A stretch of DNA of 64,000 bases from the NCBI GenBank assembly GCA_963665845.2, contig OY762492.1, positions 3,648,001 through 3,712,000 of the forward strand. Direction: 5' to 3'. This DNA comes from Candidatus Poribacteria bacterium (GTDB taxonomy: Bacteria; Poribacteria; WGA-4E; GCA-2687025). Each line of letters starts with the position of its first letter. The first letter of the stretch is position 1. Both the position numbers and the translations under genes were made by a program. Below, one piece after another: positions 63,273 through 64,000 of the stretch. Under the pieces are notes generated by a model that saw only the letters and a program-made list of their open reading frames with translations, was not told the DNA's origin and ran no database searches.

Positions 63273-64000
63273 TCAATTGCGTTTCAGCGCGCCCCATGCG
63301 GCGGCGGCTTTGCCTCTCGGCGAGACAGACAGCGGCAGCGGTCCAAACTCCATCACCGCGCGTACTTCCTCTTCGGTGAGGCCGCGCTTCCACAGGTTCA
63401 GATCGTCCATCCATCCGTTGAAGGGGCGGTTGTTGTCGATGTTGTATCCGACGCGGGCGCCCATGCCCCAGTCTTTGGCAATCAGCCCGTTTGCGGCTTG
63501 CCTGCCGACTATTTCGCCGTTGATGTAGAGGGCGGCTTGGCTGCCGTTGTAGGTTCCGGCGTAGTGAACCCATTCGTCCGCTTTGGCGACGCCGCCGCGT
63601 ATGTCGAAGATGAGGTTTCCGCCGTCGCCGCGGAGGAGCCAGCGGTAGTTGCCATCGCCGCGTATTTCAGGGTGGACGAGCCAGGTACCGTCGCTTGCGC
63701 GGGCGTTGAAGATGGCTTGGTCGGCGACCGCTTTCACATGCGCCCATGCCGAGACGGTCATGCCGTCGCGCGGCGTCAGCTCTTCCGGCCAGTTTTCGCC
63801 GTCCAGGTCGATGTAGCTGCCCTGTTCAAAATGCGCGGCGTTTCCGCGTTCGCCGTCATGCTCAAGGGACACGTTTCCTTCGACGACGCCGTTTCGCGCG
63901 TTGCCGGACATGTCTATTGCCGTCGCGCCGTCAAAATCTTCGTAATCAAAATAGAGAATGAGATCGGGGTCCTGCGCCAACGCAAACATGGCGCACGCCC
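63273..64000 (-). CDS. LamG-like jellyroll domain protein, 5' end probably beyond the window
   Basis: LILYFDYE...DMSGN, TVSAW, WVHYAGTYNG...LYINGE, FNGWMDD; C-terminal SVSPRGKAAAAWGALK. Confidence 0.88.
   Translation of the reverse strand, partial: ACAMFALAQDPDLILYFDYEDFDGATAIDMSGNARNGVVEGNVSLEHDGERGNAAHFEQGSYIDLDGENWPEELTPRDGMTVSAWAHVKAVADQAIFNARASDGTWLVHPEIRGDGNYRWLLRGDGGNLIFDIRGGVAKADEWVHYAGTYNGSQAALYINGEIVGRQAANGLIAKDWGMGARVGYNIDNNRPFNGWMDDLNLWKRGLTEEEVRAVMEFGPLPLSVSPRGKAAAAWGALKRN

Noticed and set aside
59536-63573. Long N-terminal extensions in the ORF track (60930, 63573; likewise 52846, 59651, 12280)
   Set aside because: They run through repeats or neighbouring genes; downstream starts with RBS and family-typical N-termini were used instead.

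Overview
GC-rich bacterial chromosomal window. The gene repertoire (C-terminal 'SVxPxGK...W(G/A)xLK' motif proteins, WD40/TPR/LamG/PhyH/sulfatase expansions) suggests Candidatus Poribacteria or a relative; this is an inference. Housekeeping content: yceD-rpmF-fabH-fabD-fabG-acpP-fabF-folK, rplY-amidase-GerMN-pth, rluD, NtrB/NtrC-like pair, ctpA-envC, HU, UPF0182, ftsEX. Accessory content: a giant Ig-like repeat surface protein cut by the window edge, a Type ISP restriction-modification enzyme, an orphan DNA methyltransferase, tandem WD40 and lectin-like paralogs, and several families of nested intergenic palindromes and MITEs. The standout is a complete IS110 element (49426-50967) inserted exactly into a dRS3-like ATTCCC-N8-GGGAAT repeat. 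Its rejoined ends form a TTGACT-17-TATGAT promoter. Its upstream non-coding region folds into a bridge-RNA-like structure whose guide segments match both its own end junction and the host repeat. A second notable signal is a 22-24 bp hairpin micro-element that is present or absent in otherwise homologous repeats and sits twice, in frame, inside the Type ISP gene. No tRNA, rRNA or CRISPR array was recognised.
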